Below are positions 27,691 to 37,445 of a stretch of 64,000 bases of DNA, one piece after another; within the stretch, counting starts at the first letter, position 1; every line of letters begins with the position of its first letter. Under the pieces are notes generated by a model, which searched no databases, was not told the origin of the DNA, and was given only the letters and a program-made list of their open reading frames with translations. The position numbers and the translations under genes are program-made. The stretch covers positions 124,001-188,000 of the IMG/VR virus record IMGVR_UViG_3300022745_000017, one strand, 5' to 3'.

Positions 27691-28180
27691 CACCACTTCG
27701 CGCTCGGCGTTTCGCCAAGAAGTATTGGCCAAAGTCATTGACCATGACCGTGAGTTTGTGATCCCTGCGATCACTGACGCCCTCAGTTACGTCCAATACC
27801 AGCTTAACGAAGAGATCTATTGGGATACCTTTAACGGTGTCGCCAGCATCATCGAAGAGCTGTGCAAAGTGTATCGTCACGCTCTTGCACATCACTTCCG
27901 ATTTAGCCGGCCTGCGAATTTCCACTCACCGGCACAAGCCGAACTTGTTCATGGTGTGCAGATACGTGGTGAGCACCTGTATCGCGGTAATGCGCCTTAC
28001 ATTTGCACAGACCCAGAGAAGTATCACCCACACATGGTGACATCCCTCAAGGTGATCGAGTACCGCCGGACTCGAAAAGGCAAGACTCACATGTACTGCG
28101 GCAAGCAACGCATGTTCCCACGGACTTACGCCGAGCTCGATCCGAACCACTTCCCGATCCTCTCGCGCATTTTCAAGTAA
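27671..28180 (+). CDS. hypothetical protein
   Basis: 169-aa ORF, hairpin after stop. Confidence 0.75.
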   Translation: MEQNTFNTTSRSAFRQEVLAKVIDHDREFVIPAITDALSYVQYQLNEEIYWDTFNGVASIIEELCKVYRHALAHHFRFSRPANFHSPAQAELVHGVQIRGEHLYRGNAPYICTDPEKYHPHMVTSLKVIEYRRTRKGKTHMYCGKQRMFPRTYAELDPNHFPILSRIFK

Positions 28181-28229
28181 CCAATGCCCATGAGACCGGA
28201 CAAGATTCCGGTCTCCCAAAGGAGACTTA

Positions 28230-28493
28230 ATGACCAAGCAGCGATGGCAAGTCGTTACCGAGATTCTCGATATCTCTTGGTCTCTTTTTCTCACCTGCTT
28301 GATAAAGGTAGATGGTGATGTAGATCTCGTGCTTGTGCGCATGTTGAACGATGGCGCAAGCCCAGACAAAATCAAGCTCTATACCCAAGCCTCAAAATGG
28401 CTCAGACAACATGTAAAGGAAAACAATATCGCTTTCTCTGATGTGATCAAAATGAAATTCTACCTCATCAACGACACCTATCGTCTGCGTTAA
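28230..28493 (+). CDS. hypothetical protein
   Basis: AAGGAG SD. Confidence 0.75.
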   Translation: MTKQRWQVVTEILDISWSLFLTCLIKVDGDVDLVLVRMLNDGASPDKIKLYTQASKWLRQHVKENNIAFSDVIKMKFYLINDTYRLR

Positions 28494-28502
28494 AGGATAA
28501 AC

Positions 28503-29384
28503 ATGTTCGACTTCTTCATTGTTAGTTTGTTTTACTTCCTGCTGATCAGCTACGTCGGCTTTCTATCTGAAAGGCCATTGGGTTGGCGAATCTTTCTAGC
28601 CGCCTCAGCAGGCACTTACTTCTACGCTGGCGGTAGTGCATGGTGGCCTATTATGTTGTACAGTACTGCCGATGTAACTGATTACTTTCTCAAGGCCCCG
28701 TACTACCACTCTAAGCAGCTAGCCCTGCCTCGTTGGTTTATCAGTGACACAGTGACTACCTTCGGTGCGGATGGACGCTTGACCGTCTCAGCCCACACTC
28801 CCGCTGGCTGGATGATCATGACCTCGGTTGACTCCTTACTCACATTTAAAGAGTGGCGCAGAAATGATAGTATCGCTTTCACTTATTGCATTTGCAGCGG
28901 TGATAAGCACTCTGTGGTAAGAATCCCCAAGAAAAACTTGGAGCGAATGTTAAGCCATACGACTGAGCAGTTAATCAACAGCCATCTGGATTATTTGGTC
29001 GAGCGATACAGGCGTTTTACCGATAACTTGTTTAAAAGTGAGGCTACGGAAAAGGGGACATACAGGGTCATTAACACCCTTGATAACTATTGCTTTGATG
29101 ACGCAGGTCGACTCGATACTTCCACCGTCATTGATACCAATTTCATCAAGATTCAGATTCACCGGGGTCGGCAAGTCCTTCTGGTGATCCCGCTGCAAAT
29201 GCGCTGGGAAAAGGTCGGCAGCCGCCAGGAGTTCGGCATGCATTACTACGACGTTACCAACGGCAAGAAAGACTGGAAACAACTGCGTGACTTCCGAGTT
29301 GCCTTGAGCCCAATGAGATTTACGTTTGGCCGGCGGATCTATGAGTACAAAGCTACACTGGCCTACCAACCCAACTTGCCCTGA
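28503..29384 (+). CDS. membrane protein with N-terminal TM hairpin
   Basis: two N-terminal hydrophobic helices. Confidence 0.75.
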   Translation: MFDFFIVSLFYFLLISYVGFLSERPLGWRIFLAASAGTYFYAGGSAWWPIMLYSTADVTDYFLKAPYYHSKQLALPRWFISDTVTTFGADGRLTVSAHTPAGWMIMTSVDSLLTFKEWRRNDSIAFTYCICSGDKHSVVRIPKKNLERMLSHTTEQLINSHLDYLVERYRRFTDNLFKSEATEKGTYRVINTLDNYCFDDAGRLDTSTVIDTNFIKIQIHRGRQVLLVIPLQMRWEKVGSRQEFGMHYYDVTNGKKDWKQLRDFRVALSPMRFTFGRRIYEYKATLAYQPNLP

Positions 29385-29400
29385 AAAAGGAACAACCAAA

Positions 29401-30267
29401 ATGTTAGAGTTAGAAACTAAGCAGATCGTCGGGATTAGTATCTACGTGGTACTGGCCCTTATCTCGGTCAAAGCCGTCATCTCTGAAAAGCTGCATGGGA
29501 AAAAGTGGTGGGGCATGTTGCTCATCAGCCTTTTACCAGCGTTTAACATCTTCACTGCCTTGTTCTATATCTTGGACAGGGTGGAAAAACACATCGTGAA
29601 GATCAATCAGCCATCATTCTTGCAGAATAACCGGTGGTACTCATTTCGCTTGCATCCCATCACCTTGGGTGAGCCCATGGTAGCAGACATCTGGGTGTGG
29701 ACACTGTTTGGAAAGGTTTCCTTCACTCTGCGCACAGTAGCGCCAGCCTGCTATCACACCTTCGCCCTGGCTGATATCCCTACGGCCAATCCAGTGCTCA
29801 AACTGTACGTCAACTTAGAAGGTAAAGCCGGCATCGAAGGCTATCCCTATATGTCTGGACACGGTGATCATCTTGGCCGGGTATGCGACGCCATGATTGG
29901 GAACCTTTGGGCGTACCTGACGCTGTACGACAAGGTAGCAAAGAAGAACTACCAGGATTTCAATGAACTGTTGCACAAGGCCGCGCTAGAGCCGGCAGTA
30001 GCGTCTCATGAAGTTGGGAACAACGGGGCTATGGTCTTGAAGGGAGTTAAGTGCGTTACACCCGAGATGATCTTAGCCTCTGTGTTCGAAGACGAAGCCG
30101 ATCGTGAACCAATGCTGCCAGTGCGTATCTATTGGAAAGATCAAACACTGTATCTGCTGATGTACCGGCTTAACTCACAGACGTATTTGCGGGTGCCTGC
30201 GAGAAACTTGCATCAGCGCTGCCCCATCTCGCTGATGTGGTTGGGTCAACCTCGTCAACGGAAGTAA
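29401..30267 (+). CDS. membrane protein with N-terminal TM hairpin
   Basis: two N-terminal hydrophobic helices, same architecture as upstream gene. Confidence 0.75.
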   Translation: MLELETKQIVGISIYVVLALISVKAVISEKLHGKKWWGMLLISLLPAFNIFTALFYILDRVEKHIVKINQPSFLQNNRWYSFRLHPITLGEPMVADIWVWTLFGKVSFTLRTVAPACYHTFALADIPTANPVLKLYVNLEGKAGIEGYPYMSGHGDHLGRVCDAMIGNLWAYLTLYDKVAKKNYQDFNELLHKAALEPAVASHEVGNNGAMVLKGVKCVTPEMILASVFEDEADREPMLPVRIYWKDQTLYLLMYRLNSQTYLRVPARNLHQRCPISLMWLGQPRQRK

Positions 30268-30341
30268 GCACACGTCCTCACTGATGCTATTGTACGCATC
30301 AGTGAGGACAACTCTTTTCATCCAATTATTTATTTGACACT

Positions 30342-30815
30342 ATGAAAATCGTAACAGACCAATCCCTTATGTCGGTTAGAAAAGGCATCATCATTCACGG
30401 AGTCAATGGACAAGGTAAGATGAATAAAGGCCTAGCCAAACAAATCAGACAAGCTTACCCTGTCGTTTACGAAGACTACATGAACCGACAAGCTACACAC
30501 GGCTTGTTGCTCGGTAGTATCATTGTCAGTGAGATTACTCCAGACCTAATTGTCATCAGCGGTGTATCCCAGAAGTACTACGGTAATGACCCGAATGTGA
30601 CTTATGCCAGTTTAGGTGCTATTAAGAAGATTTTCAGACTCGTGACCAACTACAATCTGAAGTACCAGCAAGGGCGCTTAGAGATTCACTACCCGAGGAT
30701 TGGTGGACAATTAGGCAATCTCCCATGGCCACAAACACAACGAGAAATAGAGGCTGAATTCAGCGATCAACTAACCTACGTCTTACACGACTACCGGCAA
30801 GACAGTGTGCCTTAG
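30342..30815 (+). CDS. macrodomain (ADP-ribose processing) protein
   Basis: IIHGVN.QG.M.KGLAKQIR..YP and YPRIGGQLG.L.W motifs. Confidence 0.8.
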   Translation: MKIVTDQSLMSVRKGIIIHGVNGQGKMNKGLAKQIRQAYPVVYEDYMNRQATHGLLLGSIIVSEITPDLIVISGVSQKYYGNDPNVTYASLGAIKKIFRLVTNYNLKYQQGRLEIHYPRIGGQLGNLPWPQTQREIEAEFSDQLTYVLHDYRQDSVP

Positions 30816-30860
30816 AATTCTATGTTGCCTACCCTTTAAATTTTTACATAGAAACTTATC

Positions 30861-32948
30861 ATGTCTACTTTTGCTCGAAGGATGTTTGGTTTTGTAAATG
30901 TCCGAGAGGAAGACGGTGTTGTTTATGTGGAGGGCGTTAATGCCCGAATCATGCATGACAACATCGACAACCTCTGGCGGACATCGCGTGTATGTGCAAA
31001 TGCTTTTTTGCATAAAGACCTCTCTAGTTTTTCTTTTCCTTCCTTTTATGCTCTGGACATTTGCTACTCGTTTGAGCGAATGCTCGCACAGCCAGAAGCT
31101 TTCTCAGGGGTTCGAACGATCTCCAAAATCGTAGAGGGTTTGCTGCAAAACACTTGGTTGAAAAAGACCAGGCAACCTCACCACGACCGACTTGATTACT
31201 CACGTCTAAAGCTACTCAATGTAACTCTGCGAGACTACCAAAGCGACTTGCTGGTAAACTACGCCAAGAACACAGACCTCTATGACCTCAAAGGCTACTT
31301 GTTTGGCGCAGCTCCGGGTACTGGCAAGACGATTACCTCTATTGCACTCCACCTCTGCTTGAAAAACGATTTAGCGATCGTCACAGTCCCACAGGTAGCC
31401 ATTGAAGACGTATGGGTGCAAACGCTCACTGGTATCTTTAAAAGGCCTGTGAAGGTATGGACTTCACACATGACTGAGGAGCCCAAGGGCGATGAGGATG
31501 TCATTGTCATCCACTATGAGTTCCTCAAGAAGCTCTTGGAGATGATCTATAAGTTTCGTCATCGCAAAGTGACGAACATCTTAGATGAGTCGCACAACTT
31601 CAATACGATTGGCACACTGCGCAGCGACCTCTACGTTGACCTCACCAGCCAGTCTAATTGCAAGGATGTGCTTTGGCTCTCAGGAACACCCATCAAGGCA
31701 CTCCCGATCGAAGCAGCACCACTCATCCGCTGCATCGATCCAAAGTTCACTGACGACTGCTATAACCGGTTTAAACGCATTTATGCAGGCGCTACTAACC
31801 AAGCCCTAGAGATCTTGCAACACCGCCTTGGCATCATCTCGATGTATGTCAAAAAGGATGTCTTGAACTTAGCCCCTCCAATTTTCCAAGATGTCAAAGT
31901 CGTCTTGAAAAATGCGAGGGACTACACCTTGCCAGCTATCCGGCAGGCGATGATAGAGTTTACGCAAAAGCAAGAGATCTACTACGCCTCACGTCGCAAA
32001 GAAGACGAGGAGTTTTTCTACGGGATCTTGAACACTTACGCAGCCACTCTTAAATCAGCTGCGCAAAAGAGCGAGTACCAAGCTTATCGCAGGTCTTTAG
32101 ATATCGTGATTCGCTCCAGTGGCTCTGCGATTGCCAGCGATGAGATCAGGGCTTGTAATGAGTTTGAAACACGCTGCATCATGCCTATCCTCAATTATGA
32201 GGAGCGCAAGATGTTCAAAGATGTTCGCTCTGTCATCAAGTACGTTAAGCTCAAGATCCAGGGCGAGTGCTTGGGCCGTGTAGTGGGGGGCTTGCGTATT
32301 CAGTGCGCTGTTGACATGGCTAAGGTATTTGACTTCCAGTCGATCTGCGAGACCACTACTAAGAAAACAGTGGTGTTCACAAGCTACGTTCAGGTGTTGT
32401 TGGAAGGACTGCAAAACGTCAAAAACAATACTGACTACACTCCACTGAGCGCTTACGCAGAAAACTCAGGCAAACTCCACGAAACTGTCAAAGAGTTCTA
32501 CGACAATGAGAATGCAAACCCACTATTTGCTACTTACAAGACTCTCTCGACTGCTGTGCCACTTACAGCGGCAGACGTAGCTGTGATTTTTGATGCACCA
32601 TTCAGAGACTACACTTTGCAACAAGCCATCGCCCGGATTCACCGCGATGACTCTCGCCCTGGGCACAAAATCACCCAGGTGTACGTCTACCTCGTGAGCC
32701 TTGACACAGGTGAAGAGATTAACATCTCGTCGCGCTCCTTTGACATCCTCAAATGGAGTCAAGAGCAAGTCCAAGCCATCACAGGTGTGCAGTCCCCCTT
32801 CGATATCACGACGCTCCAGAGTCAAAATGACCCAGCTATGGAGTCTCTTGGTTGGTATCACGACTTCCAAAACCACTGGGAAACCAGTAAAGAAGTGGAG
32901 CCGTTTACAGTCACGATGGGACAAACACCTAAGGCTTTGATGTGGTGA
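30861..32948 (+). CDS. SF2 (SNF2-like) helicase of phiKZ-like phages
   Basis: AAPGTGKT, DESH, SGTP, QAIARIHR. Confidence 0.88.
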   Translation: MSTFARRMFGFVNVREEDGVVYVEGVNARIMHDNIDNLWRTSRVCANAFLHKDLSSFSFPSFYALDICYSFERMLAQPEAFSGVRTISKIVEGLLQNTWLKKTRQPHHDRLDYSRLKLLNVTLRDYQSDLLVNYAKNTDLYDLKGYLFGAAPGTGKTITSIALHLCLKNDLAIVTVPQVAIEDVWVQTLTGIFKRPVKVWTSHMTEEPKGDEDVIVIHYEFLKKLLEMIYKFRHRKVTNILDESHNFNTIGTLRSDLYVDLTSQSNCKDVLWLSGTPIKALPIEAAPLIRCIDPKFTDDCYNRFKRIYAGATNQALEILQHRLGIISMYVKKDVLNLAPPIFQDVKVVLKNARDYTLPAIRQAMIEFTQKQEIYYASRRKEDEEFFYGILNTYAATLKSAAQKSEYQAYRRSLDIVIRSSGSAIASDEIRACNEFETRCIMPILNYEERKMFKDVRSVIKYVKLKIQGECLGRVVGGLRIQCAVDMAKVFDFQSICETTTKKTVVFTSYVQVLLEGLQNVKNNTDYTPLSAYAENSGKLHETVKEFYDNENANPLFATYKTLSTAVPLTAADVAVIFDAPFRDYTLQQAIARIHRDDSRPGHKITQVYVYLVSLDTGEEINISSRSFDILKWSQEQVQAITGVQSPFDITTLQSQNDPAMESLGWYHDFQNHWETSKEVEPFTVTMGQTPKALMW

Positions 32949-32963
32949 TTAAACTAAAATAAC

Positions 32964-33029
32964 TCGGTCACATATACTGTTAGTGTACCAGGAATGGTTT
33001 TTGGTACACTACTTTGAAGGACTGAGAAA
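32964..33029 (+). promoter_or_regulatory. promoter motif + hairpin leader (degenerate copy 9)
   Basis: TCGGTCACATATA; stem 32981-32990/33002-33011, loop GGAATGGTTTT, no pseudoknot partner. Confidence 0.6.
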
Positions 33030-33491
33030 GTGAAAATAATCATCAAGAGCAACGCTCTGCTTCACGAGAAGCTGAGCTCCCTGCGACTCAGGGGCGTCTA
33101 CTCGACGCCCGCTGAGATTACTTTGACCGGTGAGCGCCACGAGCTGCATGCCAGTGGGGTCATGAAACAGCTCACTCAGCTGATCTTGTCTTCTTACGTG
33201 CACGGCGCGGATGAGAAGGCGTCGTGGCCATTGAACCTAGCTGACAAAGCTGTGCTCAACAGCCACACCGTGACCGTCGTCGTAGACGATGGTTTGGCAG
33301 CGACCGTACCTTGGTACATGAGCGAGGAAGATTACCTCTGGCAAAGCACCAGCTTCGCCCGACGTGTCCAGGTGATGGCTAATATGCAACGCACTGGCCG
33401 ACACCCTGCGAATGAAGCTTACCACGATCTCACGACCCAAGTAGTCGTAGGTGTGATGGCATCAAAAGCCAAACAAAGGCTTGCAGCATGA
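33030..33491 (+). CDS. hypothetical early protein
   Basis: 153-aa ORF after promoter motif. Confidence 0.7.
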   Translation: MKIIIKSNALLHEKLSSLRLRGVYSTPAEITLTGERHELHASGVMKQLTQLILSSYVHGADEKASWPLNLADKAVLNSHTVTVVVDDGLAATVPWYMSEEDYLWQSTSFARRVQVMANMQRTGRHPANEAYHDLTTQVVVGVMASKAKQRLAA

Positions 33492-33757
33492 CCAGAGCCC
33501 TGTCTATCACCATAGATAAAATAATCAAAGGTGAGGAGACAATTCACTTCCTCCCCAACCAGGACCCTGACTTTCATAAAGTTTACGACTCCTATAGATT
33601 CATCACTAACAAAGGTGTTGAGTTTGAAATGGAGATGTACTACGGTGAGATTTTATCTATAAGCGATGCTGACAGAACCCTTGAAGCAAAGCTTATAGAC
33701 CCACAAGACTTGAACGCACTACTAGAGTGTGTCATTGCTAGTCAGATCAGTCCATAA
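33488..33757 (+). CDS. hypothetical protein
   Basis: ATGA overlap. Confidence 0.65.
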   Translation: MTRALSITIDKIIKGEETIHFLPNQDPDFHKVYDSYRFITNKGVEFEMEMYYGEILSISDADRTLEAKLIDPQDLNALLECVIASQISP

Positions 33758-33759
33758 CA

Positions 33760-33810
33760 GCATACTCCCCCAGGCCTAGGCCTGGGGGAGTATGCACCAC
33801 CTTTTTTCTT
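33760..33810. terminator. 36-bp perfect palindrome between convergent genes
   Basis: GCATACTCCCCCAGGCCT|AGGCCTGGGGGAGTATGC + T-tract. Confidence 0.8.
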
Positions 33811-33812
33811 GC

Positions 33813-35885
33813 TTAGCCTTGAGTGACCGTCAAAACAGCCGGGTCTAGTGGCATCTCCGGATTGAGCGGGAAGAGCGACTCTGACCAGTTAGACGATACC
33901 GTAGCGATGTTTGTCACATTAGGCACCGCGTTATGCAGATGTCGCACACTCAAGCCACTAGCAGTTTGCGAAGAAGCCAGTGTCAAGACGATACTACTGC
34001 CGCTCACGCGTGCACTATTGATCGTCACAAACGCGCCCGACTTCACCACCTCCCATCCTGTCAACTCAGCGCCAGCATCTGATAGACTCTTATAGTCCTG
34101 CATGTCAAGACCAACCGTAATCGTGAGACCATCGGCTGATAAGACTGCACTCGTTGGTGCCGCTGTGACAGAATTAATACCGGATGCAAAACCAACAGCA
34201 CGCAATGTAGCGCGAGCTAACATCACTGCAAACTTGTTTTGCGGTACTCCTGTAGCCACTGATATATTACTAACTCGCGCAAGACCCACACTGTGCGCCC
34301 CACGGTAGCGGTTCGCAGCATCAGCAATTGCTGAAGGGTTTGTCTGCAAGCGCATTACTTGGTAAGCGTCGTCAGCCACTACTTGATTAGCGGTAGGTGC
34401 GGAGAAGATCGGACTGAGCACAGCAGGTGTAGTGCTTGGAATGCCGCAGTCCGCATACAGCCCTGACACCATCGCAGTGAGCTGCGCTCGGTAGGAGGTT
34501 GGATCGGTCGCTGCGTCAGCTGTGCTATCAAAGAAGTGCAGTGCTGTAAAGCCAGTGTTTCCAGTAACCGAATTGATACGCCCAACAATGTAATTATAAT
34601 TAGTGCTACCCGGAGCATAATTGGTGATGGCTAATCCACCTAGATAAGTATTTACTACATAGCACAGTGTGGGTGCACCACTAACGATCGTTAATGCATT
34701 ACACATTGCTTGCAGAGAAGAATTAGCGAACTGCCCCGATACACTGTCGCCGATACAGATGATCGCTCCCGGCCATACGGTCGTTGATAAAGAAGTATTT
34801 ACCGCTGCCGCGAAGGCGTAAGAAATATTCCCTCCGTACATAGCAATAACATTACCGACATAAGTCGGTACACTCACTCCGCAGAGATCTTGTTCACCGA
34901 CACGTCCCTTCCCCCGGAACTCCAAGATATAAGGACCACCGTCAGGAATGCGCTTGGTGAAACCACTCCAAGAGTTATCTGTAATGACGACCGAAGTCAA
35001 ATCATCCCAATCTCGAAAGACTGTGCGATTTTTGCCAAGGACGCGGTACTCAATTCCTTGCGGCTTTAACCCTGTGAAGCTACCCTGAATTGGAGCTCGT
35101 ACCCCACCTGCGGCATCTTTCTTCCAGAATTGCTGATGACCTTTTACAGTCACTGTTCGTGAGGTGTTCGCATCCTCCGCTTGTACTTCTTCAAACCCAC
35201 CAACCACACCAACCACACCGGTGTTAGTGCTACCTTGATCGGTGAGAAAAGCTACCTTGGTAGTCCGCACGGTGAGTTCTGGAACCGCAATACTCGTATA
35301 GACGAGGTAACCGTTCTTGTAAATCAACACTTTGGAGTTGGTATTGTCCCAAGTAAATTTAAAGATTTCACCTACAGCCAAAGGTGTTACACGGAACGGC
35401 AAAGCAGTAAATACCGAGCCGACCAAGTTAATGATTTTGACAGTCACGCCATTGATAATAAAGTAAATAATAAAACGACTTGACTGCTCGCTATACCGGA
35501 TCATCACGCCGTTGTTGACGATACTGCTACCCGAAGCGTCCAGAGCTGCCGATAAAACAATGCTAAAGGATGTCGTAAAGTTCAGTCGCACTGATACGGA
35601 GTGGCTCAGCGACTGGGTGTCATATGTCAGAGCCAGTGGCGTAGTGGTGTCAGAATAGACCATCCCTTTACCACTGGCGGAAATCGTGACCTTGGTTTGT
35701 GCTGTGGCCAACGTACTAGCAGGAGCTACACACACCCAACCAGGCCGATCTGACACCTTGCTTCCAGGTGTGCCGACAAAGCGATCGTAGAGAACGCGAC
35801 GCGCTGGCGCTGGTGGATCTTGTGTGAACAAGCTGTTAGACTTCTTGCGACCACCTGCGCAAGTGACGGAACTGGTTGAACGCAT
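33813..35885 (-). CDS. putative virion/tail-spike protein: beta-sandwich N-domain + degenerate SGNH (sialate O-acetylesterase-like) domain
   Basis: GGPYILEF..VGNV..YGG, GLAITNY.PGS.NY, HFFDSTADA, C-terminal GWEV..VRHL...PL.P; S/T/G/V-rich; AAGGAG SD. Confidence 0.6.
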   Translation of the reverse strand: MRSTSSVTCAGGRKKSNSLFTQDPPAPARRVLYDRFVGTPGSKVSDRPGWVCVAPASTLATAQTKVTISASGKGMVYSDTTTPLALTYDTQSLSHSVSVRLNFTTSFSIVLSAALDASGSSIVNNGVMIRYSEQSSRFIIYFIINGVTVKIINLVGSVFTALPFRVTPLAVGEIFKFTWDNTNSKVLIYKNGYLVYTSIAVPELTVRTTKVAFLTDQGSTNTGVVGVVGGFEEVQAEDANTSRTVTVKGHQQFWKKDAAGGVRAPIQGSFTGLKPQGIEYRVLGKNRTVFRDWDDLTSVVITDNSWSGFTKRIPDGGPYILEFRGKGRVGEQDLCGVSVPTYVGNVIAMYGGNISYAFAAAVNTSLSTTVWPGAIICIGDSVSGQFANSSLQAMCNALTIVSGAPTLCYVVNTYLGGLAITNYAPGSTNYNYIVGRINSVTGNTGFTALHFFDSTADAATDPTSYRAQLTAMVSGLYADCGIPSTTPAVLSPIFSAPTANQVVADDAYQVMRLQTNPSAIADAANRYRGAHSVGLARVSNISVATGVPQNKFAVMLARATLRAVGFASGINSVTAAPTSAVLSADGLTITVGLDMQDYKSLSDAGAELTGWEVVKSGAFVTINSARVSGSSIVLTLASSQTASGLSVRHLHNAVPNVTNIATVSSNWSESLFPLNPEMPLDPAVLTVTQG

Positions 35886-35909
35886 GATAACTCCTTTTTA
35901 GTAGTTAGA

Positions 35910-36851
35910 TCAGATCAGTTCGATGATTTCCAGAACCACGGTAGCGGCATCTTCGTGTGCAGCCTTGATTGCAGAAATCGAAGAACCAGCAGCACAGGTG
36001 TAGTCACGCTCACCATTTTCCATCAACAGCGCTCCAGTGGAGCTGTTGGGGATGGTCGATCCCATGGCGATGCGGATATCGCCGCCGCGCGCCAAGACAG
36101 TAAAGCGTGTGCAGGTGCTAGTCAGGGTGACAGTATTGCCACCTGAGGAGACGTCGATTTGCCGACCAACTCCCAAGCGACCCAGAGGCTCGGTAGTGAC
36201 CCGGTCACCTTGCTCTGCTGCATTGTGGTTTTTGATCTTGACATCAGCAGTACCAGTCACCACCAGCGCGTCACCTTGTTGACTAGCGACGTGCCCCTTC
36301 AAAGCCACTGGTTGAGAGCCAACGGTAGCCACCACCAATGGGTCGCCTTGCTGCGCCGCCACATGCCCAGCCACACGGGTCGTCTGCGCACCGGACACTT
36401 GCACAAGCAGTGCATCACCTTGCTCACTTTGAACATGGTTTTTGATCTTCACCGGCAGTGCGGTGTTGGCTGTCACAACGGTGGGTACGCTGGCACTCGA
36501 AGCCGGAGCAGCTGAGTCACTCACTGAGACATCCAGCCGGCCTTTACCACCAGTAATGATGAGTCGCCCATACACGAACGGTGTAGCGATGGTGGCTTGG
36601 TCTTCAGTCGACGTACTCGAAATCTCAGCCAAAGGCTCCCAGTTGGTATCCGAAGAGCGAGCCGGATCGTAGTTGTTGGTCACCATCAAAGTGGCATTGA
36701 TGGTGTTTTGCTCCAACCCTACGAGCTTGAAAAACACGCTAGGCCCAGCCAATCGAAACACCTCAGTGATGAGTTGCTGATTGGGCTCACCTGCTGTGTC
36801 AAAGATACCTTGGTTTTGAGTGAAAGGCAAGAAGCTATTGACGGAAGACAT
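35910..36851 (-). CDS. putative virion fibre/decoration protein with four internal repeats
   Basis: 4x (K/A)(N/G)H....QGD repeats; GGAG SD before ATG 36851. Confidence 0.65.
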   Translation of the reverse strand: MSSVNSFLPFTQNQGIFDTAGEPNQQLITEVFRLAGPSVFFKLVGLEQNTINATLMVTNNYDPARSSDTNWEPLAEISSTSTEDQATIATPFVYGRLIITGGKGRLDVSVSDSAAPASSASVPTVVTANTALPVKIKNHVQSEQGDALLVQVSGAQTTRVAGHVAAQQGDPLVVATVGSQPVALKGHVASQQGDALVVTGTADVKIKNHNAAEQGDRVTTEPLGRLGVGRQIDVSSGGNTVTLTSTCTRFTVLARGGDIRIAMGSTIPNSSTGALLMENGERDYTCAAGSSISAIKAAHEDAATVVLEIIELI

Positions 36852-37030
36852 GATAAATACTCCATAAGCGAAGGGAAGAACACATAGCATAAACCTGTAA
36901 AAAATTACTCATATGCCAATTATGTGTCACGCGGCAGGTACGGCCATTAGCAGAAAATCCTTCACATCAGCAACAATGCGATGTACCCAAGTCGCGTGAC
37001 ACCCTTTAACCACTTTGAGAGGAGAGAGCT

Positions 37031-37315
37031 ATGCAACACCCTCCTTTCGGGGTGGTACACGTCCCGCTGATGGATGTATCCCAGATCCCAAAAAGCCGGT
37101 ATAAGGAAATCTACGACTTGATCGTTGAAAAGATTAAGTCGTTTATCAGAAACGCTTTACATTCATTTGCCGTTTTCCACACCTTCATAGAAGGATTGCG
37201 GCCGGCACCAGTGTTTGGGTGGGTGTGGTCGCAGGCCATGCGACCATTGTTGTGTGCCACTAACAAGGCGATGCTGCCAGAAATAAGAGCACCCCCGAGA
37301 CGACAAACGCTTTGA
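37031..37315 (+). CDS. hypothetical protein
   Basis: GAGGAG SD; C-terminal IRAPP motif; hairpin after. Confidence 0.65.
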   Translation: MQHPPFGVVHVPLMDVSQIPKSRYKEIYDLIVEKIKSFIRNALHSFAVFHTFIEGLRPAPVFGWVWSQAMRPLLCATNKAMLPEIRAPPRRQTL

Positions 37316-37445
37316 TTACCTGTGCTTGAGCATACCCCACACCACTACACCTTGAATGGATGTAGTGGTGTGGGGTATGTCCGCCATGTAAAATATCTTA
37401 AACACATATAACCCTTGTGTCACCAACCTTACCTGTGAGATCATC

